DNA from: Oxalobacter sp.
Lineage (GTDB): Bacteria; Pseudomonadota; Gammaproteobacteria; Burkholderiales; Burkholderiaceae_D
Direction of reading: 5' to 3'
Assembly: GCA_016291665.1 (NCBI GenBank)
Contig: JAEEYE010000001.1
Span: 55,021-119,020, forward strand
Length of the DNA: 64,000 nt
The translations under genes were made by a program, and so were the position numbers. This document shows, piece after piece, positions 52,644-63,900 of this stretch. Position 1 is the stretch's first letter. The number at the start of each line of letters is the position of its first letter. The notes below the pieces were generated by a model. The model saw only the letters and a list, made by a program, of their open reading frames with translations. It did no database searches and was not told the origin of the DNA.

Positions 52644-55526
52644 TCAGAAACCGTCCTTTCCTGCCATCAGCGCATCAACCACCCTTTCCATCGCCATAAA
52701 ACGAGATCCTTTAACCAGCACAGTGCTTTCACGCGACATTTCAGCCTTCAGAGCCTGAACCAACGCTTCAACCGTCCCAAAATGTGTAGCTCCATCCCCA
52801 TAGGCAGAAACAGCATGGGCTGTCATCTCACCCAGCCCTAACAGGCAGCTGACACCCTGCGCCTTCGCATAAGCACCGACTTCTTCATGGAAACGCTTGC
52901 CTTCATGCCCAACTTCGCCCATGTCGCCTAACACCAAAACCGTGTGTCCTCCCGTTTCAGCGAGTACATCAATTGCAGCCCTGACCGAATCTGGATTCGC
53001 GTTATAGGTATCATCAATCAACCGTGCACCATTCGCCGCCCGTTTGTACTGCAACCGGCCTTTGACAGGCTGGAATGCTTCCAAACCACGGACAATCTCA
53101 TCAAGGGCTATCCCAGCCGCATAAGCACTCGCAGCAGCAGCCATCGCATTGCGAACATTGTGGCGTCCCTGCGTCTTCAACCTGACATCAGCCACATCAC
53201 CATCAACGGTAAGCACCATCTCCGTGAAACCATCTTTCAACGTGTATGAAGCATTAACCGTTGCTTCAGGCGAGAATCCGAACGTCACAACCTTGCGGCT
53301 ACCGGCAAGCTCGCGCCAAAGAGGGGTATATTCTTCATCTGCCGGAAAGACAGCCACGCCATCTTCGGGCAACAGGCTGATTGCTGTCCCGTTCTCACGG
53401 GCAGATCCTTCAACCCCATCAAAAAATTCCTGATGCTCACGCTGTGCATTGTTGACCAACGCCACCGTTGGAGAGGCTGTTACCGCAAGCCCAAGCATTT
53501 CGCCTGGATGGTTGACCCCCATCTCAATCACAGCAGCTTGGTGCGATTGATCCAACCGGAATAATGTCAGCGGTACCCCAATATCATTGTTCAGGTTCCC
53601 CGCCGTCGCTAAAACATCACCGTCAAAGGCATCTTTAAGGATAGATGCCACCATTTCTTTGGTTGTCGTCTTTCCATTACTGCCAGTGACACCAATGACT
53701 GGAATGGCGAAACGGTTCCGCCACCCAGCCGCTATCTGACTTAAGGCTACCCGCGTATCGGGCACCACTACTGCTGGCAGCGCAAAGCCTTCTGGAATCT
53801 TTTGTACAACCACTGCAGCAACGTTACTTCCAATCAGCTGCGGCAAAAAGGAATGTGCATCAAAGTTCTCGCCTTTTAATGCCACAAAAAGACTTCCTGG
53901 GATGATTTTGCGTGTATCTGTACATACGCCAACAAACTGGGCGTCACCATTGACCACTGCACCATCAACCCATTGCTTAATGTCAGCAAGACTTCCCTGT
54001 ATACCTTCAACCTTCGTTGAAGCACGGCGCCTATCCAAAGCCGCTCTTACATAATCAGCATCAAGGAATGGATGTTTAACACCCTTAATCTCTTGGTAGG
54101 CCTCATGCCCCTTACCTGCTAAGAAGACCACATCACGCTCGGATGCTTCATGGATGACTTTGTCTATCGCCTTGGCCCTATCAGGTTCTACTACAGGCAT
54201 TTGTTTCATCCCTGACATAATCTGCTGGATGATTTCCTGTGGATTTTCGCTCCTCGGGTTGTCGCTCGTTAAGATCACATTGTCTGCTTTTTCAGAAACC
54301 GCCCCCATCTGGCTGCGTTTACCCGAATCACGATCACCACCACAGCCAAATACACACCAAAGTTTGCCGCCCCTGGACGTTGCGACTTGACGCAATGCAT
54401 CAAGTCCTTTTTCCATCGCATCCGGTGTATGCGCAAAATCAACAACAACCAAAGGCACATCCTTGCCACCAATACGTTGCATGCGTCCAGGCGGAGCCGA
54501 AATAATCTTAATAGCAGCGATACCATCTTCCCAAGGAATGTCTGCCGCAAGCAAAATTCCCAAAACACCTAAGATATTGCTGATATTGAATCGGCCAACC
54601 AGCCCAAGGGCGATATCCGCAGTCTTTTCACCTGCCCGGATAGTGAACTGCAAGCCCTCTTCCGTATAACCAATCGATGTTGCACAAAGCGCAGGAACCC
54701 CAGCATCAACGTTTTCCAACGTATAGCCCGTCACTGGAAGCCTATCCTTCAATTCGCCCGCTAGACCAAAGCCCATCGCATCATCAAGGTTCAAGACCAC
54801 ATGCTTTAGCCCAGGCCAATCAAATAGACGACGTTTAGCCTCCCAGTAAGAAGCCATATCTTTGTGATAATCCAAATGGTCGCGCGTGAAATTGGTAAAC
54901 ATCACAAGGTCTATCACGAGTCCATTTAACCGGCCTTGGTCGATACCAATAGATGAAGCCTCTAACGCAACACAAGTTACGCCTTTATCGCGCAGGTGCG
55001 CCAAATGACGCTGCAGTTGAACTTGATCTGGTGTCGTATACCCTGTCTCCATCGGGATACCTGCAACACCTTTTTCAAATATCGAAATCCCAAGCGTTCC
55101 GATAACTGCTGTTTTGCGACCAAGGTTTGATAACGCCTGACCAATCCATTGTGTACAAGACGTCTTACCATTGGTTCCTGTCACCGCAATCACCAACATG
55201 GTCGAAACAGGATTCCTGTAGAAGGCCGATGCGATAGGCCCTGCATTTTCTTTCAAGCCACTGACGCCTAGGTGCGGAACCTGCCACTTCGGATCCCAAG
55301 CAAACCCTTTGGACTCATACACCACCGCTTTAGCGCCATTGGCAACAGCCGACGCAATATAGTCCCTACCATCTGCTGAATCCCCTTCGTAGGCAAAGAA
55401 AATGCCCTTTCCGTCAGAGGAAATATTACGGGAATCCGAAAATATCTCCCCGCCAGGGCAGTTTTCCCTAAGCCATCCTACTGTTTGTTCGACCGTCGTA
55501 TTCATAGCTCCGAGCTCCTCAAGCAT
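52644..55526 (-). CDS. Fused MurE (mDAP-adding ligase) - MurF (D-Ala-D-Ala-adding ligase), 960 aa
   Basis: The N-terminal half has GTNGKTS and the MurE-specific DNPRSENP. From about aa 505 it becomes MurF-like ([33 protein letters not shown]). One uninterrupted frame. Confidence 0.9.
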   Translation of the reverse strand: MLEELGAMNTTVEQTVGWLRENCPGGEIFSDSRNISSDGKGIFFAYEGDSADGRDYIASAVANGAKAVVYESKGFAWDPKWQVPHLGVSGLKENAGPIASAFYRNPVSTMLVIAVTGTNGKTSCTQWIGQALSNLGRKTAVIGTLGISIFEKGVAGIPMETGYTTPDQVQLQRHLAHLRDKGVTCVALEASSIGIDQGRLNGLVIDLVMFTNFTRDHLDYHKDMASYWEAKRRLFDWPGLKHVVLNLDDAMGFGLAGELKDRLPVTGYTLENVDAGVPALCATSIGYTEEGLQFTIRAGEKTADIALGLVGRFNISNILGVLGILLAADIPWEDGIAAIKIISAPPGRMQRIGGKDVPLVVVDFAHTPDAMEKGLDALRQVATSRGGKLWCVFGCGGDRDSGKRSQMGAVSEKADNVILTSDNPRSENPQEIIQQIMSGMKQMPVVEPDRAKAIDKVIHEASERDVVFLAGKGHEAYQEIKGVKHPFLDADYVRAALDRRRASTKVEGIQGSLADIKQWVDGAVVNGDAQFVGVCTDTRKIIPGSLFVALKGENFDAHSFLPQLIGSNVAAVVVQKIPEGFALPAVVVPDTRVALSQIAAGWRNRFAIPVIGVTGSNGKTTTKEMVASILKDAFDGDVLATAGNLNNDIGVPLTLFRLDQSHQAAVIEMGVNHPGEMLGLAVTASPTVALVNNAQREHQEFFDGVEGSARENGTAISLLPEDGVAVFPADEEYTPLWRELAGSRKVVTFGFSPEATVNASYTLKDGFTEMVLTVDGDVADVRLKTQGRHNVRNAMAAAASAYAAGIALDEIVRGLEAFQPVKGRLQYKRAANGARLIDDTYNANPDSVRAAIDVLAETGGHTVLVLGDMGEVGHEGKRFHEEVGAYAKAQGVSCLLGLGEMTAHAVSAYGDGATHFGTVEALVQALKAEMSRESTVLVKGSRFMAMERVVDALMAGKDGF

Positions 55527-57270
55527 CCGGTGGGATGTTCATGGCACGCATAATTTCAGCAGCCAGTTTTGCAAACACAGGAGCCGCCACGGTACCACCA
55601 AAGTGACCCGCTATTGGTTCATCAATCATCACAGCAATCACAACCTTAGGATCGGAGATCGGAGCTAACCCGACAAACGATCCCACATATTTTTTCACAT
55701 ACCGGCCATGCTCAATCTTGTAAGCAGTCCCAGTCTTGCCACCAACACGGTATCCAGGAACATGCGCCAGTTTGGCCGTTCCGCCTGGCCCCACAACCAA
55801 TTCCAACATATGCCGCATTTGCTCTGCGGTCTTAGGCGAAATAATCTGCTGACCCTGTGGCGCTTCGTCGCGCTTTAAGAATGTCAATGGAATCATGTCC
55901 CCATCTCGGGCAAAAATCATATAAGCCCTAGCAATCTGGAAAAGGGAAACCGAAACACCATGTCCGTAACTCATAGTTGCCTGTTCAACCGGTACCCAAG
56001 ATTTATAAGGACGTAACCGACCAGGGGTTGCCCCTGGGAAGCCAAACTGAGGTTGCTGGCCAAAACCAACAGAAGAAAGCATTTCCCACATTTCCTGTGG
56101 CTGGAACATCAAAGCAATCTTAGCCGTACCAATATTCGATGACTTTTCGATAATCTGGTTAACAGATAAAGTTCCATGCGCATGCGAGTCACCAATTGTG
56201 GCCGTTCCAATGGTCATCTTCCCGCCATTAGTACTAATCATCGTATTAGGCGTTACCTTGCCATGATCAAGCCCCATTGCCACAGCAAAAGGCTTCATAA
56301 TTGAACCTGGTTCAAATGCATCCGTCATGACTCTGTTGCGCAACTGTGCCCCAGTCAAACCTTTGCGGTTATTTGGATTGAAGACCGGCATATTGACCAT
56401 CGCTAGCACTTCCCCGGTATGGGTATCTAAAACAACAACACTACCGGCTTTCGCTTGGTGCTCGGCAATAGCTTCCTTCAAACACTTATACGCGATGTAC
56501 TGCAACTGGCTATCAATTGACAGCACCAAATCTTGGCCATCAATTGGCTCTTTTGTTTCCTGCAAATCATCAACAATATTGCCCAAACGATCCTTAACAA
56601 CACGACGGCTACCATTAACACCCGCCAATTGATCCTGGGATGCCAGTTCAATGCCTTCTTGGCCTTTATCCTCGATGTTGGTAAAACCAACCACATGCGC
56701 CATAACTTCACCCTCTGGGTAATAGCGCTTGTATTCTTTTTTCTGCTGGATACCTGGAATGCCTAATGCCTTAATCTTGTCTGCCGTTTCAAGATCAACC
56801 TGACGCTTCAAGTAAACAAAACTCTTTTCGGAATTCAGCTTGGATAGCAACGTATCTTCTGGCATTTCCAAGAGAGCAGCTAACTCACGCAATTTCTCTT
56901 TAGGCGCTTGGGACGCATCTTCAGGAATAGCCCAAATTGCTTTCACCTGCATACTGGATGCCAAAACCTTGCCATTTCGATCCAAGATGCGCCCACGAAT
57001 AGCGGGCATTTCAAGACGCCTTGCATAACGGTTCTCGCCCTGCTTTTGCAAGAAATCTGTTGAAAGGAATTGCAACCAAACCGCCCTTATACCAAGGGCT
57101 ACAAAAGCAGCAAATAAAATTCCAAGCACCACTTTTGAGCGCATTGGCGAAAGCGCTGCTCGTGGACGGATTGAAGAAAAAGAAACTGGACTTGTCACGA
57201 CATCATTGTCGTCACCGTGTTGCACACTCCTAAGGAAATCCCTGCAAAAATCAGTTAAACGTTTCAACAT
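55519..57270 (-). CDS. ftsI: Penicillin-binding protein 3 (FtsI)
   Basis: Transmembrane anchor. Transpeptidase motifs SIMKPF (SxxK), SSN and KTGTA. Confidence 0.95.
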   Translation of the reverse strand: MLKRLTDFCRDFLRSVQHGDDNDVVTSPVSFSSIRPRAALSPMRSKVVLGILFAAFVALGIRAVWLQFLSTDFLQKQGENRYARRLEMPAIRGRILDRNGKVLASSMQVKAIWAIPEDASQAPKEKLRELAALLEMPEDTLLSKLNSEKSFVYLKRQVDLETADKIKALGIPGIQQKKEYKRYYPEGEVMAHVVGFTNIEDKGQEGIELASQDQLAGVNGSRRVVKDRLGNIVDDLQETKEPIDGQDLVLSIDSQLQYIAYKCLKEAIAEHQAKAGSVVVLDTHTGEVLAMVNMPVFNPNNRKGLTGAQLRNRVMTDAFEPGSIMKPFAVAMGLDHGKVTPNTMISTNGGKMTIGTATIGDSHAHGTLSVNQIIEKSSNIGTAKIALMFQPQEMWEMLSSVGFGQQPQFGFPGATPGRLRPYKSWVPVEQATMSYGHGVSVSLFQIARAYMIFARDGDMIPLTFLKRDEAPQGQQIISPKTAEQMRHMLELVVGPGGTAKLAHVPGYRVGGKTGTAYKIEHGRYVKKYVGSFVGLAPISDPKVVIAVMIDEPIAGHFGGTVAAPVFAKLAAEIMRAMNIPPDA

Positions 57271-57273
57271 GAT

Positions 57274-57543
57274 TTACTCCGTCCTTAGGAATTCAGTATT
57301 TGATTTTGTAATACGAACCATGTCAAGTTCACCTGACTCCGCCTTACTTTCAACAACCGAATGCTTGCTTGCGGAAGACTGTCTCAACTGTAACTGCCCC
57401 CACTCGAGCTCAAGTTGGCGAGTTTCAGCCTGAGCTTTTTCAAGCTGAGTAAAAACCTTACGTGCACGATATTGGGAATTAATGAGTCCAAGAGCCGAAG
57501 CAATGAGAGCGATGGCAAGAACCCAAGGAATCTGCGCCTTCAC
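57274..57543 (-). CDS. ftsL: Cell division protein FtsL
   Basis: 89 aa: transmembrane helix plus coiled coil ([20 protein letters not shown]). dcw position. Confidence 0.88.
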   Translation of the reverse strand: MKAQIPWVLAIALIASALGLINSQYRARKVFTQLEKAQAETRQLELEWGQLQLRQSSASKHSVVESKAESGELDMVRITKSNTEFLRTE

Positions 57544-58511
57544 TGCACACCTCCTTCGGGGGCAATCCGCTTTGCTACCCGCAGGATTGCAGAGCGCGCT
57601 CTAGGATTAGCAACAACCTCCTTTTCAGAAGGTTTAATCCTTGCCAGAATCTTCATCATAGGTTTAGGTAGGTCACAATCACGTACTGGTACACGCCTAT
57701 CGGGTTTTTCCACCTGCGAATGCCCAACCATAAACTGCTTGACAATCCGGTCTTCAAGCGAATGAAAACTGATAATTGCCATCCTGCCATCGACTGCTAA
57801 GCGTTCCCACGCTTGGTCAAGCGCTATCTCCAGTTCCTCAAGCTCTCCGTTGACATAAAGCCGAAAAGACTGGAAGGTCCTTGTGGCAGGATCCTTACCT
57901 TTTTCACGGGTCTTAACGGCCCTCGCCACGATTTCAGCAAGCTGCCTCGTACTGTGAATGGCGCCCTTGGCGCGGCAAGCAACAATCTCCTTTGCAATCT
58001 GAACAGCAAACCGTTCTTCCCCATACCGACGAATTACCTCTGCAATCTTTTCTTCTGTCTCTGTTGACAACCATTCCCTAACAGACATACCGCTTGTAGG
58101 ATCCATGCGCATGTCCAAAGGACCATCATGTTTAAAACTAAACCCCCGACTTGGATCATCGACTTGCGGCGACGAAATTCCAAGATCGAGCAAAATCCCA
58201 TCAATAAACTTGACTCCTTTAGCATCAAGGACTTTCTCTAGGCTTGCAAAGGAGCCATGAACAATCTCAAAACGATCATCTTTGACCGCTTGGGCGGCAT
58301 CTATGGCAGCTGGATCCCTATCAAAGGCGATAAGTCTCCCCTTAGCACCCAACCGTTCCAAAATCAATCGACTATGTCCGCCTCGGCCAAATGTCCCATC
58401 GAGATACACACCATCAGCTCTTTCTCCGGTTATATCTAAAGCATCAACCGCTTCTGTCAATAAGACTGTTTGATGTAGGTCTTCAGCCAATTGGTTCACC
58501 CTGCCGCTCAA
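57540..58511 (-). CDS. rsmH: 16S rRNA (cytosine1402-N4)-methyltransferase
   Basis: [26 protein letters not shown] and SFHSLEDR motifs. Confidence 0.96.
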   Translation of the reverse strand: MSGRVNQLAEDLHQTVLLTEAVDALDITGERADGVYLDGTFGRGGHSRLILERLGAKGRLIAFDRDPAAIDAAQAVKDDRFEIVHGSFASLEKVLDAKGVKFIDGILLDLGISSPQVDDPSRGFSFKHDGPLDMRMDPTSGMSVREWLSTETEEKIAEVIRRYGEERFAVQIAKEIVACRAKGAIHSTRQLAEIVARAVKTREKGKDPATRTFQSFRLYVNGELEELEIALDQAWERLAVDGRMAIISFHSLEDRIVKQFMVGHSQVEKPDRRVPVRDCDLPKPMMKILARIKPSEKEVVANPRARSAILRVAKRIAPEGGVQ

Positions 58512-58940
58512 TTAAAAGGGACAATCCTGCAGTACTTCCGGGGTTCCTGCCGCAATAGCCTGAGCCTCATTTTCCTCAAGCCTTGAGGCATCCCAAATTT
58601 CAAAATGGCTGCCCATCCCAATAAGCATGACTTTCCGGGACAACCCTGCAGCATCCCGAAGTTCGGGGGAAATCAAGATACGGCCGGCGGTATCAATCTC
58701 AACATCAACCGCATTGCCAAGGAATATGCGTTGCCAAGCACGCGCGGCCATTGGCCAAGCGGTGATTTTCTTGCGATGTTCTTCCCATACAGGACGCGGA
58801 AAAAGCAACAGACAGCCATCGGGATGGCGTGTAACTGTGACACGCCCTCCACACTGCTCAAACAGTGCGTCACGATGCCGGGATGGAATCGTCATCCTCC
58901 CTTTTGCATCTAGACTGATTGATGAAGGTCCTTGAAACAC
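58512..58940 (-). CDS. mraZ: Transcriptional regulator MraZ (GTG start)
   Basis: [22 protein letters not shown] and a second SpoVT/AbrB-like repeat. Confidence 0.95.
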   Translation of the reverse strand: MFQGPSSISLDAKGRMTIPSRHRDALFEQCGGRVTVTRHPDGCLLLFPRPVWEEHRKKITAWPMAARAWQRIFLGNAVDVEIDTAGRILISPELRDAAGLSRKVMLIGMGSHFEIWDASRLEENEAQAIAAGTPEVLQDCPF

Positions 58941-58972
58941 TTTGGCACCTTTTCTGTCTCGTAGCGGATATC

Positions 58973-59029
58973 CACCACTATCTCGCTATTTTTCCCACTA
59001 AACGACACGAAACAACACTTTCTCCCACT
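58973..59029 (-). promoter_or_regulatory. Three phased AGTGG(G/T)(A/G) repeats: candidate MraZ operator
   Basis: The minus strand has AGTGGGA at 59029-59023, AGTGGGA at 58999-58993 and AGTGGTG at 58979-58973. Spacings are 30 and 20 nt. The first repeat abuts the -10. Confidence 0.3.
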
Positions 59030-59055
59030 TTATTGGATAGTCTGCGCACGGTCAA
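59027..59055 (-). promoter_or_regulatory. Candidate dcw-cluster promoter (Pmra)
   Basis: The minus strand reads TTGACC, a 17-nt spacer, then TAAAGT, about 87 nt upstream of the mraZ GTG. Confidence 0.45.
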
Positions 59056-59333
59056 GCGATTTTTGGACTTTTTTCCGATATTTCTTCAATGAATCAAGGA
59101 CTTATGAGCGCTTTATTTTGATATTTAAAAATCAAAAGTTAAAAGAAATCACACACTTAGAAAACAGATTAAAAGGAAGTTCTAAGAATTAAGACTCCCT
59201 TAATTAATAAGAAACGTTTAGAAAACAAGGAAAGACAAGGTTTTTTTAACGGGGAACTGTCAACTTTCAGAAATTCCCAAAAAACCTACACAAGAAAAAG
59301 GAGCCGCTCATTGTTTTAGCGGTTTTCAGAAAA

Positions 59334-59662
59334 GGAAAGCGGAGCCGATAGGCCGGATTCTGTTACAGCGTAAAAACGCTATGGCAGCCATTCATCTAGA
59401 CCCATGGTTACCCATGGGCTCAAGCTTCCTACCCGCACGCTCCGCGGACCACATCAATGCGTGCCTACTTGGAATTGCACCGGATGGAGGTTACCGCGTT
59501 TCACCGTAACTCAATACGCTCGTCTCTGTGGCCCTATTCCTCGCCTTATCCCTTGCGGGTTTCGACGGACGGCCGTTAGCCGTCATCCTGTCCTATGGTG
59601 TCCGGACCTTCCTCCCGTCTTCCGCCAAGGCGGAAGACCGACGACTGCCTAGCCCGCTTCCC
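59334..59662 (-). ncRNA. rnpB: RNase P RNA, bacterial type A
   Basis: The minus strand reads GGAAGCGGGCTAGGCAGTCGTCGG...GGGAGGAAGGTCCGGACACCATAGG...ACAGAATCCGGCCTATCGGCTCCGCTTTCC. This matches the conserved GGAGGAAAGUCCGG and ACAGAA.CCGGCUUAUCGG blocks and gives P1 pairing of the two ends. Confidence 0.9.
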
Positions 59663-59669
59663 CGGGCGC

Positions 59670-59678
59670 ATTCTAACA
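59670..59678 (-). promoter_or_regulatory. Candidate extended -10 promoter element of rnpB
   Basis: The minus strand reads TGtTAGAAT, ending 7-8 nt before the predicted rnpB 5' end. No good -35. Confidence 0.4.
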
Positions 59679-59705
59679 TAGGAGCCAACTACGCCCAGTG
59701 AAAAA

Positions 59706-60503
59706 TTAAATACCAATGTTTAGCGTTGCGAACAAAGGCGCATGATCTGAAAGTTGTGTCCACGGACGCCCCCGCATAACTCGAGCCCCCGTAATACTGA
59801 ATCCCCGCGTATAGATTCTATCGAGACGAAAAAAAGGAAAAATAGCTGGAAATGTCTTCGCGGGGGCTGAATCTATACCATCAAAAACTTCATTAACACC
59901 AAGTCCTTTACGCAACATATCCGACAAATTGACCTGCCAATCATTAAAGTCTCCGGCAATGATAATAGGCGCTCCTGGTGGAGAGGTCCTGTTTACTGTT
60001 TCAATCAATGCCTTCGTCTGGCGGATACGACTTCCTTTGAAGAGTCCAAGATGAACAACATAGCAATAAATCCTTAAGGGACCAGCCTGTACTTCACAAT
60101 GTAAGATGCCGCGTTGCTCCAACGAATGATCAGACACATCCGTATTCGTCTGGCCAACAATCGGATAAACACTAAGTAGCGCATTACCATGATGACCAAA
60201 CTCATAGACTGCGTTCTTTCCATAGGCACAATACTGGGTCATGTCCGCCAGATATTCATCCTGTCCTTTGTGATGCCAATCAGGCGCAAACAACGCCCCT
60301 TTACGATCATGACGACCCTGCACTTCCTGGAGAAAAACGATATCTGCGTCCAACGAACAAATGGCGTGCTTCAGTTCTCTAATGATTGGACGGTGTGCAA
60401 AGGATTCACCTTTGTGAATGTTATACGTGGCTATACGAAGTTCCAAACCTGTCTTCCTAATAAACGGCACACATAGATAACTTTTTTGCTCATGACAAAA
60501 CAC
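59706..60503 (-). CDS. Endonuclease/exonuclease/phosphatase (EEP) family protein
   Basis: RIATYNIHKG, IVFLQEV, GDFND and SDHAPL motifs. Confidence 0.85.
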   Translation of the reverse strand: MFCHEQKSYLCVPFIRKTGLELRIATYNIHKGESFAHRPIIRELKHAICSLDADIVFLQEVQGRHDRKGALFAPDWHHKGQDEYLADMTQYCAYGKNAVYEFGHHGNALLSVYPIVGQTNTDVSDHSLEQRGILHCEVQAGPLRIYCYVVHLGLFKGSRIRQTKALIETVNRTSPPGAPIIIAGDFNDWQVNLSDMLRKGLGVNEVFDGIDSAPAKTFPAIFPFFRLDRIYTRGFSITGARVMRGRPWTQLSDHAPLFATLNIGI

Positions 60504-60669
60504 CCGTCACGACAAAATGTCTTATTCATGTAGCAACTTGTACATTTTACAGTGGCTATATATTTTTAATGGGGGTCATCTTTCTGTATTTCAAGGTAAA
60601 AGACGGATAAGCAAGACATAAAACAGCAAATTCAACGATAATAGCCAGAAATCAAAAAGGAAAACAAAC

Positions 60670-61959
60670 ATGCGTTACCTGTACTCATTCCTTTGGTGGT
60701 TTGCGCTACCTTTTGTCCTCCTGAGAATCTGGTGGCGGGGTAGACTTGAGCCAGGTTACAGGCAGCATATCCCTGAGAGACTAGGCTTTTACCCTACGAT
60801 ACCCCACCCCAACAAGCGCATCTGGGTGCATGCGGTTTCAGTCGGTGAAACACGTGCAGCTGAACCTTTGATACGCGCCTTAATGGCGGAATTCCCTGAA
60901 AGCCAAATCCTACTAACGTGCATGACGCCAACCGGTCGCGATACCGGCGCTGGACTTTTTGCTGAAGAACTCCAAACAAATAAGCTTATCCAATCCTTTT
61001 TACCTTATGACATCGGCTCCATGATGTCGCGCTTTATCAGGCATTTCAAACCTTGCCTGTGCGTCCTGATGGAAACGGAAATCTGGCCGAACCTCATCCA
61101 TCAATGTTCACGCCACCATATACCACTCGCCCTAGTAAACGCCAGGCTTTCTGAACGTTCTCTGAGAAAAGGCAAGAAATTCAAATCCATCATGGAAGAA
61201 GCCGCCAAGGGCTTTTCGGCTGTTGCCGCCCAAACAAAGACTGATGCCGAACGCCTGAGTGAATTCGGCGCGAGCCAGATTACGATAACAGGTAGCGTAA
61301 AATTCGATGTCACGCCCCCAGAAAACAGACTTGAAGAAGGTATTGCCTTACGGAAAGCCATTGGAGAACGCCCGGTTTTCATGTGCGCCAGCACACGGCT
61401 AGGCGAAGAAGGGCAATTACTCGACGCACTCTCGTATCTTAACGAAAACACCCTGCTTCTCCTTGTCCCACGGCATCCACAACGTTTCGATGAAGTCGCC
61501 AAAATGGTGCAGAACCGCAACCTTTCTCTAATCCGACGCTCATCACTCAAAAATGGTTTTACCGAGAACATTCCACCAGAAACGCGCGTTCTGCTTGGCG
61601 ACTCGATGGGTGAGATGTTCATGTATTACGCCGCCTGCGACATTACATTCATTGGCGGGAGTTTGGAAAAACTTGGAGGCCAAAACTTGATTGAACCCTG
61701 CGCTGTCGGCAAACCGGTTCTCATTGGCCCACATACCTTCAACTTTGAAGCAATTACAGAAGATGCCATCAAAGCCGGCGCCGCCATCCGAATCTACTCC
61801 GCAAAAGAGTTGATGCAGCAGGCTAACCACCTGCTGGAAAATGAGACCAAAAGACAGAAAATGGGACAGATTGCCAGCGCGTTCGCTGCCATCCAGCACG
61901 GTGCAACTGAACGCACCATCAAAGTCCTTGCCCCCCTGATCAGAAAACAAGCAACCTAA
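60670..61959 (+). CDS. waaA: 3-deoxy-D-manno-octulosonic acid (Kdo) transferase
   Basis: N-terminal membrane anchor, IWVHAVSVGE motif, GT30-like C-terminal half. Confidence 0.92.
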   Translation: MRYLYSFLWWFALPFVLLRIWWRGRLEPGYRQHIPERLGFYPTIPHPNKRIWVHAVSVGETRAAEPLIRALMAEFPESQILLTCMTPTGRDTGAGLFAEELQTNKLIQSFLPYDIGSMMSRFIRHFKPCLCVLMETEIWPNLIHQCSRHHIPLALVNARLSERSLRKGKKFKSIMEEAAKGFSAVAAQTKTDAERLSEFGASQITITGSVKFDVTPPENRLEEGIALRKAIGERPVFMCASTRLGEEGQLLDALSYLNENTLLLLVPRHPQRFDEVAKMVQNRNLSLIRRSSLKNGFTENIPPETRVLLGDSMGEMFMYYAACDITFIGGSLEKLGGQNLIEPCAVGKPVLIGPHTFNFEAITEDAIKAGAAIRIYSAKELMQQANHLLENETKRQKMGQIASAFAAIQHGATERTIKVLAPLIRKQAT

Positions 61960-61981
61960 GGACAGCCCCGTACAGAAACCG

Positions 61982-62581
61982 TCACCCCTTCAGGAAGTGC
62001 TCACGGTAATATTTCAGCTCTTCAATCGACTCCAGGATATCGGCCAAAGCTGTATGTTGTTGCGCCTTCTTGAAGCCATCCACCAATTCAGGACGCCAAC
62101 GACGTGCCAACTCCTTTAGCGTAGAGACATCGATATTGCGGTAATGAAGGTACGCCTCAAGCTTAGGCATATACTTGACCATGAAGCGGCGATCCTGGCC
62201 AATGGTATTACCGCATAATGGCGATTTTCCCTTAGCAACATATGGGCGCAAGAACTTAATTAATGCGGATTCTGCCATCTCTTCCGTAACCTGTGACGCT
62301 TTCACCCGGTCAATCAGACCCGACTTGCCATGCGTCCCCTTATTCCATGCATCCATCTTATCCAGCAACTCATCACTTTGATGGATGACGTAGACCGGTG
62401 CCTCAGCAATGACATTCAATTGAGGGTCTGTCACAATCAGTGCCACTTCCAGAATACGCTCCTTCTCAGGATCCAGTCCCGACATCTCCATATCGACCCA
62501 CACAAGGTTCATATCTTTGGACTGTTTTTTTGTACGTTTATTTTCTGCAGGCGTTGCCTGTACTTCTTCAGGTTGTGACAT
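61982..62581 (-). CDS. orn: Oligoribonuclease (start trimmed to the internal ATG)
   Basis: [20 protein letters not shown] DEDDh exonuclease motif and [15 protein letters not shown] near the C-terminus. Confidence 0.93.
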   Translation of the reverse strand: MSQPEEVQATPAENKRTKKQSKDMNLVWVDMEMSGLDPEKERILEVALIVTDPQLNVIAEAPVYVIHQSDELLDKMDAWNKGTHGKSGLIDRVKASQVTEEMAESALIKFLRPYVAKGKSPLCGNTIGQDRRFMVKYMPKLEAYLHYRNIDVSTLKELARRWRPELVDGFKKAQQHTALADILESIEELKYYREHFLKG

Positions 62582-62628
62582 AATTCTTCCCTTGTCAGCT
62601 AAATACAGGCACATTTTCTCACAGCGTA

Positions 62629-63900
62629 ATGTCAGCGTCTGCTTTTACCATCCTTTTTCTTTGCTTCCTAGCAATGACAATCATTGCCCGTTGCTACCTA
62701 GCAGTACGGCAGATCCGTTCCGTCCTTGCACACAAAGATACGGTTCCAGAACAGTTCGCCAGCGCCATCTCCCTTGCCGCACACCAGAAAGCTGGGGATT
62801 ACACGATTGCCAAACTCCGCTTCGGGTTCGTCTCGCTTGCTGTCGATACCCTTGTCCTACTCTGCTTCACATTGGGTGGCGGTATCCAGATAATCAGTAA
62901 TTATCTTTCCAGCCTGCTCGACCCAGGGCTCCTCTACCAAATCATCTTGGGCATCACCATCTTTGCCATTGCAGGGCTCATCAGCATTCCTCTTGATTAC
63001 TACCACCAGTTCATTATTGAAGAGCGCTTTGGCTTCAATAAGATGACACCTAGACTTTTTTTCAGCGACCTTGTTAAAAGCACGCTGATTGGTCTCTTGA
63101 TTGGCCTGCCGCTGATTTGGATCCTCCTCATTGTCATGGGCCAATTAGGCGACTTCTGGTGGTTTTATGCTTGGATCCTCTGGTGTAGTTTCCAGTTCCT
63201 GATGCTTTTCATCTACCCAACGTTTATTGCCCCACTGTTTAACAAGTTCCTGCCACTTGAAGACGAAGCATTAAAAGCCCGTATCGAAGGCCTGATGCAA
63301 CGGACAGGCTTCAAGTCAAAGGGACTCTTCATCATGGATGGTTCCAAGCGGAGTGCTCACGGGAATGCCTACTTTACAGGAATGGGCTCTGCAAAACGCG
63401 TTGTTTTCTTTGACACCTTAATCAAACAACTGAACGCTGAGGAAATTGAAGCCGTCCTAGGACACGAACTGGGTCATTTCAAGCTTAGGCACATCACAAA
63501 GCGGATTATCGTATCCTTCCTCATCTCACTGGGTTTCCTCGCACTTTTGGGCTGGCTCAAAACCCAACCTTGGTTCTATGCAGGCCTGGGAACTGACGCG
63601 TCCAATGCAACCGATATGACAGCACTCATCCTATTCGGCCTGACCCTTCCAGCCTTCACGTTCTTCCTTTCGCCCATCATGGCGATGAGTTCACGCAAAC
63701 ATGAATTCGAAGCTGACGCATTCTCCGCACAATATACCGAAGCAAGACATCTCATCAGCGCCTTGGTAAAGATGTATGAAGACAATGCGTCTACGCTGAC
63801 ACCCGACGCTTGGTATTCCGCATTTTACGATTCGCACCCCCCCGCCAGCATACGGATTGCACACCTGACAGATCTGGACAAACATGAACGACCTGCTTAA
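62629..63900 (+). CDS. M48-family (Ste24-like) integral membrane zinc metallopeptidase
   Basis: Multiple transmembrane helices, HELGHF zinc motif and downstream E..AD. Confidence 0.88.
   Translation: MSASAFTILFLCFLAMTIIARCYLAVRQIRSVLAHKDTVPEQFASAISLAAHQKAGDYTIAKLRFGFVSLAVDTLVLLCFTLGGGIQIISNYLSSLLDPGLLYQIILGITIFAIAGLISIPLDYYHQFIIEERFGFNKMTPRLFFSDLVKSTLIGLLIGLPLIWILLIVMGQLGDFWWFYAWILWCSFQFLMLFIYPTFIAPLFNKFLPLEDEALKARIEGLMQRTGFKSKGLFIMDGSKRSAHGNAYFTGMGSAKRVVFFDTLIKQLNAEEIEAVLGHELGHFKLRHITKRIIVSFLISLGFLALLGWLKTQPWFYAGLGTDASNATDMTALILFGLTLPAFTFFLSPIMAMSSRKHEFEADAFSAQYTEARHLISALVKMYEDNASTLTPDAWYSAFYDSHPPASIRIAHLTDLDKHERPA

Noticed and set aside
59404-59652. An 82-aa plus-strand ORF.
   Set aside because: It lies entirely inside rnpB (RNase P RNA), on the opposite strand.
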